Notes under the pieces: model-generated | The model's input: only the letters and a program-made list of their open reading frames with translations | The model's database searches: none | What the model was told of the DNA's origin: nothing | Part shown: piece by piece, positions 17,327 through 27,739 of the stretch | Numbering within the stretch: the stretch's first letter is position 1 | Layout: every line of letters starts with the position of its first letter | Made by a program: the position numbers and the translations under genes | NCBI GenBank assembly: GCA_016928775.1 | Contig: JAFGKD010000043.1 | Coordinates: forward strand, 1,834-65,833 | Reading direction: 5' to 3' | Length of the DNA: 64,000 nt | Origin: Candidatus Zhuqueibacterota bacterium | GTDB taxonomy: Bacteria > Zhuqueibacterota > Zhuqueibacteria > Residuimicrobiales > Krinioviventaceae

Positions 17327-18646
17327 ATGAGTACAGAACGATTAGAGTTGGCTGATTGGGTCATAAAACAAGCACAAAAAAATGGTGCTGATCAAGTTGC
17401 TGTAAATATTTCAAACCAGCGCCAGGTGGACATTGAATTCCGCGATAAAAAACTGGAAACACTAACTGAATCGACACAAAACTCGTTATCAGTTGATATT
17501 TACAGTGATCATAAATACTCATCGCACTCGACGAACGATCTTCGGCGCGATGCGTTGCAGCGTTTCATCGAAGAGGCTGTCGCCAGTACAAAATATCTGG
17601 CCAGGGACGAATACCGCGCCCTGCCCGATCCGAAATATTATAATTTAAACGTTGATATCGATTTAAAAATTCGTGATGCCGGTTATGAGCAAATCGACTC
17701 ATCACAGCGCGTCGAGCTTGCGGAAGCGATTGAAGCTGCAGCGATGGCACAAAGCGATAAAATCATTTCTACCACAGCTGGCTACTCGGATGTTCTTTAC
17801 CATAGCGTCAAGGTGCATAGCAATGGCTTTAGTGGCCAGCGGCAAGGCACCAGTTTTTCTGCTGGCGCCGAGGTGACCGTCAAAGATCCCAATGGCGGTC
17901 GACCGGAAGACTGGTTCTGGGCAACGGGATGCTTTCGAGCCGATTTACCATCCGCGGAATCTCTCGGTACGCAGGCGGCGCAACGGGCACTGCAAAAAAT
18001 TGGTCAGGAAAAGATTGCCTCCGGTCTGTATACCATGGTCGTTGAAAACAGAGCTGCAGGCCGCCTCCTGGGCATGCTGCGCCGTCCAATGACCGCCCGC
18101 GCCTTGCAACAAAAAAGTTCCTATCTGGAAGGAATGCTTGGGAAACAAATTGCCTCGGATAAGTTGACCCTTGTTGATGATCCCTTTATCGAGAAAGGTC
18201 TGGGATCGAGATTATACGATGGCGAAGGCATGGTGGCACAAAAACGCACATTTATCGACAGAGGCGTGCTGCAGCACTATTTCATTGATAATTATTACGG
18301 TAAAAAGCTTGGCATGCCACCCACCACCAGCAGTCCGTCAAATGTCTTGTTTGATTATGGTGATCGCGATCTTGAAGCGATGATCAAGGATGTTGACAAG
18401 GGCATTCTCATCACCGGTTTTATTGGTGGCAATTCAAATTCAACAACCGGAGATTTCTCCTTTGGCGTAACCGGCATCCTGGTCGAAAAAGGCGAACTCG
18501 TCAAACCGGTGAATGAAATGAATATCTCCGGCAACGCCAAAGATTTCTGGAACAAGCTCTCACAAGCAGGCAATGATCCTTACCTCTATTCCAGTTGGCG
18601 CATTCCAACACTCGTTTTTGAGGACATTGACTTTAGCGGCATTTGA
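17327..18646 (+). CDS. pmbA: PmbA/TldE subunit
   Basis: TldD/PmbA fold motifs (DDPFIEKGLGSRLYDGEG, NSTTGDFSFG, PVNEMNISGN, P.LVFEDIDFSG) without the HExxH motif; adjacent to tldD. Confidence 0.9.
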   Translation: MSTERLELADWVIKQAQKNGADQVAVNISNQRQVDIEFRDKKLETLTESTQNSLSVDIYSDHKYSSHSTNDLRRDALQRFIEEAVASTKYLARDEYRALPDPKYYNLNVDIDLKIRDAGYEQIDSSQRVELAEAIEAAAMAQSDKIISTTAGYSDVLYHSVKVHSNGFSGQRQGTSFSAGAEVTVKDPNGGRPEDWFWATGCFRADLPSAESLGTQAAQRALQKIGQEKIASGLYTMVVENRAAGRLLGMLRRPMTARALQQKSSYLEGMLGKQIASDKLTLVDDPFIEKGLGSRLYDGEGMVAQKRTFIDRGVLQHYFIDNYYGKKLGMPPTTSSPSNVLFDYGDRDLEAMIKDVDKGILITGFIGGNSNSTTGDFSFGVTGILVEKGELVKPVNEMNISGNAKDFWNKLSQAGNDPYLYSSWRIPTLVFEDIDFSGI

Positions 18647-18741
18647 TCGGGAAATCCAGGACGCTGCCTGAACAGTGGCATCAACAATACTATTTGTCAC
18701 GAGAAAGCTTTTCTCTTACGCATTTTCGTCGATCAGTGGAT

Positions 18742-20007
18742 ATGTACATCGACAAACGTTTGTTCACTGTCATTCATTGTGCTTCGATGTACTGGATATT
18801 CTATATTTTTTTGCAACTGTTTGTCTGGAATTCTCAGATACGCGAGTTTTTTGTTCGTTCACATCCTGTTTTCCATATGGGCGCCGGTGCGTTGAGCGAT
18901 GTGATCTGGCTGCCGCTTTCCATTGCACTCCCGATTTACCTCATTATCCTCATCCGAAACATTTTTGCACAATTGATCCTGCGGGAAGGCATCAGTTTTA
19001 TTATTGTTATTGTCTGTGCCGCAAGCATTATCAATATCAATTTTTGGTTTCGAATTCAGTTTCTGCTCATTTGTCTTTTTGTGCTATTTTGGGCGATACA
19101 TATTTACACATCCGGCAGAATCAGCCTACGCTTTCTATTTTTTAGCTTCGCTATTTTGGGAATGATTCTGCATTATAAAGCACAGCTCTTGCCGCCACTG
19201 GCTCGAACCGAACCGCATAAACTGAGCGTGATGTCCTTTAACTTTAATACTCGATCGGCCTACGATGATGAGCGAACCATACAGTTTATCCGCTATCGTA
19301 TACCGGACGTCGTCTTTTTGCAAGAACTGACAATGAAAGAACAAGCATTTATTTTGACCAGGCTGGGTGATTTTTATCCCTATTTTTTATCACCGGCCCC
19401 GCGCATGGGCAAAAATGATGTTATGATACTCTCCAGGAAAAAAATTCTCTATGGAGATCAAATCCCGCTTGCGACGACATATGATACGCCACTTCATGCA
19501 GTCAATCATGCGGTCATTCAACTGGAGGGGCAACAGGTACATCTCCTCAATTGCCATCTACACCACGCCTACAAGCAGCTTTCGGCTTATCTCGCTGCAC
19601 CGGATTCTCTGGTTCTCTATGAAGCGCTTTTGCGAGCCTACAACCAGCAGCAGGAAGAAGCTTCTTTGCTGTTCGAGTATGCGAGCACCTTGTCAGGACC
19701 GATCATTATTGCCGGTGATTTCAACGACACGCCGAACGGCAGTATTTATGCGCTTTTTAATAAAAAGTATCAAAATGCATTTGCCGTCGCTGGCTGGGGT
19801 CTCGGAACGACATTTGGAGAATGGAGCATTCAGAGCGTGCTGCCGCACTTTATGCGTGGGATCGCTTTTGATATATTTCGAATCGATCATTTGTTTTTCT
19901 CAAATGATTTCAATATCCAGCGCGCTCGGGTTGAAAAAATCGCGGCATTCGACCATCAACCACAAATTGTACAAGTGACACTAGAAAAAGGCGTTACAAA
20001 ACCGTGA
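18742..20007 (+). CDS. Membrane-anchored endonuclease/exonuclease/phosphatase (EEP) family protein
   Basis: N-terminal TM helices, then VMSFN, DVVFLQE, IIAGDFNDTP, RIDHLF, DHQP motifs; the start position is uncertain. Confidence 0.85.
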   Translation: MYIDKRLFTVIHCASMYWIFYIFLQLFVWNSQIREFFVRSHPVFHMGAGALSDVIWLPLSIALPIYLIILIRNIFAQLILREGISFIIVIVCAASIININFWFRIQFLLICLFVLFWAIHIYTSGRISLRFLFFSFAILGMILHYKAQLLPPLARTEPHKLSVMSFNFNTRSAYDDERTIQFIRYRIPDVVFLQELTMKEQAFILTRLGDFYPYFLSPAPRMGKNDVMILSRKKILYGDQIPLATTYDTPLHAVNHAVIQLEGQQVHLLNCHLHHAYKQLSAYLAAPDSLVLYEALLRAYNQQQEEASLLFEYASTLSGPIIIAGDFNDTPNGSIYALFNKKYQNAFAVAGWGLGTTFGEWSIQSVLPHFMRGIAFDIFRIDHLFFSNDFNIQRARVEKIAAFDHQPQIVQVTLEKGVTKP

Positions 20008-20022
20008 TGGGAGTGTCTCCGC

Positions 20023-20628
20023 CTATTCGATGAGAGTGAAAATCTCGTCGATTGATTTTTTGTCACGTGATTTTGGTTGACCCTCAGGCTCACCTACAGC
20101 CACGGCTGCAGCCAATTCTGCTGGCGCTTGAATATCAAGCAGCTCTTCCAGCTCCTTTTGTGCGACCAACAGACCGCTGAGCCAGCATCCGCCGTATCCC
20201 AGGTCGACCGCCGACAGCAATATATTCTCGATAGCAGCCCCGATGCTTTGAATATCCGGATGCTGGCGCATGGCATTGATGTCATCATGATTCAAAGCGG
20301 CATCGGCTATAGCTTTATATGGTGTGTTAGCCACAACAATGAGAGCCGGGGCATTCTCAAAAATAGTCGAAAAATGTTCGACCGTTTTCATGACATTGTC
20401 TTTGCCGGTTTTTTCGAAAACTTTATGAATTTTTTCGTGCACAATTCCTGCCATTTTTCCAATAAGTGATTTGTTGGTTACGGCGATAAATTGCCATGGT
20501 TGCGCGTTGTTCACACTTGGCGCCAGGCCGGCCCGTCGTACAAGCTCTCTCAGAACTTCAACAGGTACCGGGGTTGATTTGAATTTACGCACGCTGTGCC
20601 GCTGTTCGATCGCAGTTTTAACGTCCAT
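20023..20628 (-). CDS. Nitroreductase family protein
   Basis: AIEQRHSVRKF, APSVNNAQPWQF, GAAIENILLSAVDLGYGGCW; GAGG RBS before ATG 20628. Confidence 0.92.
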   Translation of the reverse strand: MDVKTAIEQRHSVRKFKSTPVPVEVLRELVRRAGLAPSVNNAQPWQFIAVTNKSLIGKMAGIVHEKIHKVFEKTGKDNVMKTVEHFSTIFENAPALIVVANTPYKAIADAALNHDDINAMRQHPDIQSIGAAIENILLSAVDLGYGGCWLSGLLVAQKELEELLDIQAPAELAAAVAVGEPEGQPKSRDKKSIDEIFTLIE

Positions 20629-20727
20629 TTGCACCTCAACTTTTTTTGTTTTCATTTAGTGAGCACCATCATCCCTCTAAAGCTGGTCGTTTGCCATTCT
20701 TGCAAGGATATGTTGACGCCAAGGACT

Positions 20728-22065
20728 CTAATCCTTCACACACCGAATGGATAATCCATCACGCTTTTGACCGTACCCCCGATAGACTTCCGCGGTCAGC
20801 CAACTCAGCTGACGATACCACGAGGCACTACTTATTACTTCCGTAAAAGTCCAGAAATAGGCCTGGTATTCAAAATTTTCAAAATCACCGTTGTCACGAC
20901 GATAGCCTGCCGGTAACGCGCACAATCCACTTGTATTTGTGGCACCGGTATTGGGACTCTCCCAATGGGCATAACCCGCTTCTTTCATTTTTCCGCCTAC
21001 ATCTGTTCCTCGCCAACTCTCGGCATCGGCTTGTACACGACTCAAACCGAGATAAATTTCCAGCTGCTTCCAGTCCTCGTCCGTCGGAACATGCCAACCA
21101 ACCGGGGCAATGTTGCGACTGTCATTCACTGCATACCAGTTATATAAATATCCAAAAGTGTCTTTCAATCTCTCGTTAGTGGTTAAAGCACAATAGGCAG
21201 CGGTGTTTAAATCGCTCCATTCCAAATCGTCAGTCACTTTGGGTATGGATTCACCGTTTCGGTAGCGGGTCACTTTCAAGTTTTCCGCCATCCACCATTG
21301 ATCTCCGATTTTGACAATGCGATATAAATTCCCGTCGATATCTGAAATGGGTGCTACTTTGGGGATAACCGTAATATAGAGCAGCGTATCCGAATCGATG
21401 AGTAGCCTGTGATGTTCATAGGTTTCAATATTTTCACCGGTGATTCGCAATGTATATTCCCGTGCGATGCGACTTGCACCATTCTTGTCAAGTCCTGCAG
21501 CGATACTGACAGATGGAGTTATGCTGCCGCTCCCCCTGGCATGTGCCAAAAGGAGCATTTTTCGGTTCAATCTGATTTTGTCAGACGTCAAAGTACAGAC
21601 ATAGACGCCGGCTGGAACGGGGTGGCCACGTTCATCGATACCATCCCACCTGATGTGCTGCAAAGTATTCACCTGAAAGCCACTGAATAGTGTTTTTACC
21701 TTTTGCCCCAGGGTGTTATAGATCACGACACTGATCTCTGATGGCTGCGATAATTGCCATGTTATGAACGTTGATGGGTGAAACGGATTTGGATAATTCT
21801 GAAACAATTGAAAATCTGCTGGCTGCTGTGCCGTCATTTCCTCGACACTCGTTTCTATTTGAAAAATAAATTGCCCGTTTTCATCTGTATAATCCTGATC
21901 ATTACGATTAGGATCAGCCAGGTCGACTAATTCAACCCTGGCGTTCGCAACCGGTTTCGGATCTGTGTCGGTGACCAAACCCGTGAACGTTATATTACCT
22001 GATGCGGTTTTCATGAATGCAAAAAGAAAGAACAGGATAAAATCGATACATTTCAAGGTTTTCAT
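20728..22065 (-). CDS. Secreted FISUMP-domain protein with an internal FlgD-Ig/T9SS-CTD-like domain
   Basis: Signal peptide; central LFQNYPNPF...IYNTLGQKV...GVYVC; C-terminal DIDGNLY..VKIGDQWWMAENL, GYLYNWYAV, GWHVPTDEDW, GLSIRCVKD. Confidence 0.88.
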   Translation of the reverse strand: MKTLKCIDFILFFLFAFMKTASGNITFTGLVTDTDPKPVANARVELVDLADPNRNDQDYTDENGQFIFQIETSVEEMTAQQPADFQLFQNYPNPFHPSTFITWQLSQPSEISVVIYNTLGQKVKTLFSGFQVNTLQHIRWDGIDERGHPVPAGVYVCTLTSDKIRLNRKMLLLAHARGSGSITPSVSIAAGLDKNGASRIAREYTLRITGENIETYEHHRLLIDSDTLLYITVIPKVAPISDIDGNLYRIVKIGDQWWMAENLKVTRYRNGESIPKVTDDLEWSDLNTAAYCALTTNERLKDTFGYLYNWYAVNDSRNIAPVGWHVPTDEDWKQLEIYLGLSRVQADAESWRGTDVGGKMKEAGYAHWESPNTGATNTSGLCALPAGYRRDNGDFENFEYQAYFWTFTEVISSASWYRQLSWLTAEVYRGYGQKRDGLSIRCVKD

Positions 22066-22090
22066 ATAACCTCCCGCAATAATTTGTTTC

Positions 22091-24319
22091 CTATCGCATT
22101 AATATCATCTTTTTGGTCGCAACGACTTTGTCGTCCAGTCGTAGTTGATAGCAGTATATACCGCTGGGGAGAATCCCGGCGTCAAAAGTGATCGAATGCT
22201 CACCGGCAGCCTGAAATTCTTTCACGAGAGTGGCGACCAGAGTGCCTGACATAGTATAGATTTTTAATGTGACAGAGCCGGAATGGGACAATGTATAGCT
22301 TAGCGTCGTGCTATTGTTAAATGGATTCGGGTAATTTTGCCCGAGTGACAAAGTACGGGGTATTGTTTCCCGCTGTTGCCGCAGACCGGTAACGAGATTA
22401 TTGCGGATAATATAGAGACCATCGTCGCCATCAGCTACATAGACGTCCCGGCCCTTGACCGCTACACCATATGGGATGTCACCGGTTGCATAAGATCCGG
22501 CAAGAAACGGCGAGCCGGGATTGGAAATATCAATAATAGTCAAGCCGGCAGTACCCACACAGTAAGCGTAATCACCGCTCACCGCTATGTCATAGCTATA
22601 ATTATAAGCATTAGCTCGGCAAACTTCAACAGGCAACGCCGGATCGGAGACATCGAAGATGCGGAGATACCCGCACGTCATATAGGCATACCCATTGCTA
22701 ACAGCTACGCCTGTCGGTTCACCGCCTGTACACTCACCCACATCTACTGGATTGGTCGGATCTGCAATATCCAAAATGCGTAATCCGTTATAGCGGATGG
22801 ACAAATAGGCATAATGACCATCGATCGCCACATCACTCGTCCACCAGCCATTGCAAAAATTGCATACCTCGAAAGGATTGGTCGGATCGGATACATCGAT
22901 GATGCGTACGAGTCCCCATTCATGGCTTTTATCCAAGGCAAAGACAAAATTGCCGTACATGGTGACGTCATGGATAAAATTATAGACTTCAAAAGCGCCG
23001 ACCTCGACGGGGTTGGCGGGATTGGAGATATTGATTATTCGCAAATCAGCAGCGCCGTCCGCCACATAGGCGTAATCCCCACTGAGGGCGATATCTGTTG
23101 GGCAACCGGGAGTATCACAAAAACCGACATTTTTGAGCTGGCCAGGATCTGAAATATCGATGATACGTAATCCGTAACATTGTTCAGCGAGATAGGCATA
23201 GCGGCCGCGCACAGCGACACTCTCGATGCTGCCGCTGGTATGGATAAAGCTGACTTGAGACGGAGCGCTCTTGTCTGCAATATCGACCACAACTAAACCA
23301 CTACCGCATGCCACGTAAGCGTACGTGCCGAAGAGGCTCACACCGTAAGGAGAACCGGGTACATTAAAACGACCGACTTGCGAGGGATGATGCGGATCTG
23401 CAACATTCAGGATGAACAGTGTACCGCTACGATCGCACAAATAGACGTAAGCATCCCGGATTGCCAGTTCATGGACGCGGACCGGATAATCAAAGTTAAA
23501 CCTTCCGACCTCGGCAGGATGAGTCGGAGAGGAAATATCGATAATGATCAATTTGTAGTACGAGATATCACTCACTGTCACATACGCATATGTCCCATCG
23601 ACGACGACGTCCTCAGCACTGTCTTCCGTATCGCAGGTACCGACAATAACGGGATTGCCGATATCTGATATATCAAAAATATGCATAAAGTTATCGTCTG
23701 CAATATAAACAAACGTGCCACTGACAGTTATACCAGAGGCATCAAAGAAATCAAGCAAGCTCGACTGAAACGGATTGGCCGGATCGGAGATGTTGATGAT
23801 GCTCAGACCTCTCCATCTATCAAGCACATAAGCATAATCACCACTGACAGCCAGGTCCTGTACAGAGTCTCCGGTATAAATAGAACCCTCAATGAAAGGA
23901 TGAGTCGGAGCCGAGACATCAACTATCTGCAATCCAAAATTGGTCACGGCAACGAAAACATGCGTATCATTGGCGACGATATATTGCACACTACCCGGCA
24001 ACATTAATTGGCTTAATTTTATCGGTATAGTTGGATCAGAGACATCTGCGATTTCAAGAGAGGCACCATTGCCGAAAAAGGCCAATTCACGTTGTACATC
24101 AACATCATAACATGGGCCGCAAGCCCATCGGCCAACGAGTGTGGTGTTGCTATCCCTGGCGCTGTGGTGCACGGTGTTGACGAGCGCTCTTTGGTCTTTG
24201 GTGTGGATGTGTGATTTCAAGTATGTGTCCGGGGAAGGAGTGGAGCGTGTTATGCCCGGTTTGACGAACGCTGCAAAAACGAGAAACAGGCTCAAAGTCT
24301 TGATGTTCACTGTGAGCAT
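22091..24319 (-). CDS. LVIVD-repeat beta-propeller protein with T9SS-type C-terminal domain
   Basis: More than ten repeats like V.VSGDYAYVADG..GLRIIDISDPTNP..VG; C-terminal LGQNYPNPFN...SGIYCYQL...KKMILMR; AGGAGG RBS before 24319. Confidence 0.9.
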   Translation of the reverse strand: MLTVNIKTLSLFLVFAAFVKPGITRSTPSPDTYLKSHIHTKDQRALVNTVHHSARDSNTTLVGRWACGPCYDVDVQRELAFFGNGASLEIADVSDPTIPIKLSQLMLPGSVQYIVANDTHVFVAVTNFGLQIVDVSAPTHPFIEGSIYTGDSVQDLAVSGDYAYVLDRWRGLSIINISDPANPFQSSLLDFFDASGITVSGTFVYIADDNFMHIFDISDIGNPVIVGTCDTEDSAEDVVVDGTYAYVTVSDISYYKLIIIDISSPTHPAEVGRFNFDYPVRVHELAIRDAYVYLCDRSGTLFILNVADPHHPSQVGRFNVPGSPYGVSLFGTYAYVACGSGLVVVDIADKSAPSQVSFIHTSGSIESVAVRGRYAYLAEQCYGLRIIDISDPGQLKNVGFCDTPGCPTDIALSGDYAYVADGAADLRIINISNPANPVEVGAFEVYNFIHDVTMYGNFVFALDKSHEWGLVRIIDVSDPTNPFEVCNFCNGWWTSDVAIDGHYAYLSIRYNGLRILDIADPTNPVDVGECTGGEPTGVAVSNGYAYMTCGYLRIFDVSDPALPVEVCRANAYNYSYDIAVSGDYAYCVGTAGLTIIDISNPGSPFLAGSYATGDIPYGVAVKGRDVYVADGDDGLYIIRNNLVTGLRQQRETIPRTLSLGQNYPNPFNNSTTLSYTLSHSGSVTLKIYTMSGTLVATLVKEFQAAGEHSITFDAGILPSGIYCYQLRLDDKVVATKKMILMR

Positions 24320-24530
24320 CGTGGCCTCCTGGACTATTTTTCTTACCTGAATAATGCAGTAACTTACAACAAATATCACATTCTGTTTCATCCAGAATAT
24401 CCCAAAAACCGTGATGCAGAACATTTCTTCACGCTCCTCAAGCGGAAAATCGGGGGTACATAATTCATGCTTGTGTTTCACGCGGTTTTTTTATATAATA
24501 ATCCGGTGAAAATTCAAGGAAAGGTCATGA

Positions 24531-26807
24531 ATGGCCACATTATTCAAGCGCATTTTGTTTATTATTCTCTTTGTTCCGACGTTGCTCGCACCCGCCGAAC
24601 CATCCGACACCTACTATCGCACCTTGCGAGAGGGTATTCGTTTATATCGAGCGAATTTGCTGAACGATGCGAAACGAGTGTTCCGGGAGTTACATAAAGA
24701 GCACGAGGATAGCCTCGTCGTCATCCGCTATCTGATGCGTATCACCATTCATCAGCAGCAATGGGGAGACGCCAAAGACTGGTGCCAGGAAATTTTAGAC
24801 CAGCAAAAAGATGATGTGCAGGCACACTATTATCTCGGCATTGCGTATCGCGAAACCGGTAAATATAAAGCATTTATATTGCAGGGACGCGATTGGCGAC
24901 GAGCCGAGCGAAGTTTTCTGTTTGTTATAGACAATTATGGACATTATAAAGATATATATTATCAATATGCGTTGTTGAAAAATTACTGGAAAGACTATGC
25001 GCGTGCGGTGGAGCTGGCTGAGACACAATTAATGCATGCTCCTAACGACACGGCCTATAGCGGAGTACATCGATTTTATCAATCGTTTTTATACAACCAG
25101 TCAAAAGATTTTCACGAATGGTCTCTCAAACGCTCTGGACATCGTAATGCCTTGTATCTCGGGGAGAGTTATCGACATCGCAATGAATTCCTCAAAGCGG
25201 ATTCGATCTTTCATGTTCTCGCACAAACGGCCGCTGACATCTCCGGCGTTCCACTCTATATCGCTCTGGCAAAGGTGAAATATCAGTTGCAGCAGGAGGA
25301 TTCGAGTCAATTTTATTATGAAAAAGCGATCAGGAGCATCGCCAGCAATGTCGATGCCGCACTCATGTTTGAGGATATGAAATACATCATGTCTGATGCA
25401 GAGTGGTTCGAGTACCGTGATCTGACGAGTTACATTGAAAAACGCGCTTTTTTTGAACGGATGTGGCTTGCCCGAAATCCGACGCCGGCTTCGAAAATAA
25501 ATTATCGTATCATCGAACATATGCGTCGCGTTATTCGTACCGAAAAAGATTTTTTTTACGATGGCGTGCGTTCGCAGGTCAATAATCCGGACAAGCTGAA
25601 TTACCTCTCCTTTCCACGCGTTTTTGAATTGAATGACAAGTATAACGACAAGGGTCTGGTTTATATTCGTCATGGTGAAGCGGATGATCGGGCATTTACG
25701 TTGCAGGCTGAGGCGCTGAACGAAACCTGGGTTTATTATCCGCGCGGCCAATTAAATCAAAAATTCATGTTTCATTTTTGGCAAGATGACAATATGGCCG
25801 GCAATAACTGGCGCTTTATTCCCTCTATTCCGCAGTATATGGCCGAGAGTCGTTTGACCATGGATCCCATTTTTGGCCGTCTGTATACAGCCAATACGCT
25901 GGAAGCCCTGGCAATCGATCAGGAAATGAAAATTCAATCGCATGATATTGTTGAAACTGCCATGAATACGGATCAGCATTCCTGGGAAGATCAGCTGCGC
26001 TCCATCATTTTTCCATTTTATCTCGCCACTTTTCGCGAGGCGCCGAATCTGTCGAGATGCGAACTGTATTATTCTTTGAAAAAAGATGATCTCTTGCCGC
26101 CAAATGCAGCACACACCGCGCAAGACACTGTGGCGATCAGCTTTGCTGCTTTTGATATGGAATACAATCTGGCTGAACGCCTCGATAATAATGTACAAAT
26201 AAAGGATATTGTCGATAGCTCGGAAACCATGGGCTATTGGCCATCTCAATTCAATTTTATCAGCCCGCCCGGCTCTTATCAGCTCGCCCTGGATATTCAA
26301 ACACCGAGTGGTGAAGCGATTGGCGGCTATAAATTTCGATTCAGCATGTCCGACTATGCTGAAGAAAGCATGAACATGAGTGGCCTCGTTTTGGCACATG
26401 CGATCAGACCGGCAAGCCAGCAGAACATTTTTTATAAAAACGGATTTACCGTCATTCCCAATCCAGGCAAAGTTTATGATCGAAAAAAGCCGATCGATAT
26501 TTATTTTGAACTGTACAATGTATCCGAGGGTAACGGGAAAAGACAAAATTTCATTGTTCGTTACCAGGTGCGATTGCTGGAAGAGCGATCCCGCGGTCTG
26601 GTGCAAAGAATCGGCCGTATCTTCCGGCGTTCACAACCCTCCATTTCAAATGAGGTGGAGCGGGAAACAACCACACCAACATCTGTCGAATATATCGCGC
26701 TTGATCTCGGCAAAAATGTGCCGGGAATTTACGAATTGAATGTGTCGGCATTTATCCCCGGCAAACAGGACACCGCATCCCGCAAGATAAATTTTGAGCT
26801 AAAATGA
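24531..26807 (+). CDS. TPR plus GWxTD-domain secreted protein
   Basis: Signal peptide, TPR-like helices, FFERMWLARNPTP...EHMRRV...NDKGLVYIRHGEAD...ETWVY (degenerate GWxTD), C-terminal beta domain. Confidence 0.75.
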   Translation: MATLFKRILFIILFVPTLLAPAEPSDTYYRTLREGIRLYRANLLNDAKRVFRELHKEHEDSLVVIRYLMRITIHQQQWGDAKDWCQEILDQQKDDVQAHYYLGIAYRETGKYKAFILQGRDWRRAERSFLFVIDNYGHYKDIYYQYALLKNYWKDYARAVELAETQLMHAPNDTAYSGVHRFYQSFLYNQSKDFHEWSLKRSGHRNALYLGESYRHRNEFLKADSIFHVLAQTAADISGVPLYIALAKVKYQLQQEDSSQFYYEKAIRSIASNVDAALMFEDMKYIMSDAEWFEYRDLTSYIEKRAFFERMWLARNPTPASKINYRIIEHMRRVIRTEKDFFYDGVRSQVNNPDKLNYLSFPRVFELNDKYNDKGLVYIRHGEADDRAFTLQAEALNETWVYYPRGQLNQKFMFHFWQDDNMAGNNWRFIPSIPQYMAESRLTMDPIFGRLYTANTLEALAIDQEMKIQSHDIVETAMNTDQHSWEDQLRSIIFPFYLATFREAPNLSRCELYYSLKKDDLLPPNAAHTAQDTVAISFAAFDMEYNLAERLDNNVQIKDIVDSSETMGYWPSQFNFISPPGSYQLALDIQTPSGEAIGGYKFRFSMSDYAEESMNMSGLVLAHAIRPASQQNIFYKNGFTVIPNPGKVYDRKKPIDIYFELYNVSEGNGKRQNFIVRYQVRLLEERSRGLVQRIGRIFRRSQPSISNEVERETTTPTSVEYIALDLGKNVPGIYELNVSAFIPGKQDTASRKINFELK

Positions 26808-27508
26808 ACGACTACCAATCAGTGCACGCTGAAATTGATCTGCTGGAAAAGCTTTATCCGTATATCATACCAAAATATCATGAGGCGCACGACATTTTGG
26901 TGTCCATGCTCGATTTTGCGCAAACGCAGGACATCCGTCTCGCTGATCTGGGGTGTGGCTTTGGCCATTTGACCAAAAGAATCATCGACACCTTCCCTTC
27001 AAGTGTGGTTTTTGGCATTGACAAACAACCGTTTATTTTGCAGCGAGCCCAAGAAAGATTGCAGGATCGACTCGACCAGGTTGTATTTTATGAGCGCAAT
27101 TTGAACAATACAGCCTGGCAAAAAGATATCGACCATGTTCATGCGATTGTCTCGTCTTTTACGCTCGATTATCTCCCCAGGGAAAGGCATCAGCAGATTT
27201 TGGATGAAGCGTATGCGATCATCGAACCCGGTGGCCGTTGGGTGTCGTGCGAATTTTTCCGTTCCGAAGATAATCGAGTCAATCGAATTTTTCATGATAT
27301 GGAGATGGCATTTATCCGCAGCGCGCTTGAGCGGGGTGAAGTGACGCGCGAGCAAATTGATCAGCTCGGAAAATCATCGATTCTTCGTCAGGATCATTTT
27401 GTTGTGACGGTGGCGCAAAAGATGGCATGGTTGAAGAATAGTGGCTTTAAAACACTTGAGGTGCCGTGGCGTTTTTTGAATCTGGCGATCATCAGTGCGG
27501 TGCGCTAA
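26804..27508 (+). CDS. Class I SAM-dependent methyltransferase
   Basis: LADLGCGFG motif I, GID, AIVSSFTL, IEPGGRWV; ATGA overlap with the upstream gene. Confidence 0.88.
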   Translation: MNDYQSVHAEIDLLEKLYPYIIPKYHEAHDILVSMLDFAQTQDIRLADLGCGFGHLTKRIIDTFPSSVVFGIDKQPFILQRAQERLQDRLDQVVFYERNLNNTAWQKDIDHVHAIVSSFTLDYLPRERHQQILDEAYAIIEPGGRWVSCEFFRSEDNRVNRIFHDMEMAFIRSALERGEVTREQIDQLGKSSILRQDHFVVTVAQKMAWLKNSGFKTLEVPWRFLNLAIISAVR

Positions 27509-27612
27509 GTACATCGTTTCGTAAATAAAATGACATATTATTATTGACATGATAGCAGGATGATAGTATAAAAGAAAATGATTGCTCCATTAACCCAGAA
27601 AAGCAGTGCTTG

Positions 27613-27739
27613 TTTGGAGTGCATTCTCTTCGTGAATGCATGACGGCGAAACTGTCAAGTTTGGTGAGCGCATCCATAACAGTTTTCCTAACTCGCGGTC
27701 AGTGGTCCGCGTGAATTCACACAGTGAATTCACTCCAAA
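27613..27739. repeat. REP-like palindromic element
   Basis: TTTGGAGTGCATTC (27613-27626) and GAATTCACTCCAAA (27726-27739) form a 13/14 inverted repeat; two tandem GTGAATTCAC palindromes sit at the right arm. Confidence 0.55.

Noticed and set aside
22380..24140. Repetitive DNA resembling an array or CRISPR
   Set aside because: The repeats are degenerate, in-frame LVIVD protein repeats, not identical repeats with spacers. No CRISPR array or cas gene was seen anywhere in the window.
25101..26606. Long antisense ORFs (e.g. 25752-26606; likewise 61371-62207 and 62704-63381)
   Set aside because: They are shadows of well-supported genes on the opposite strand and carry no motifs.
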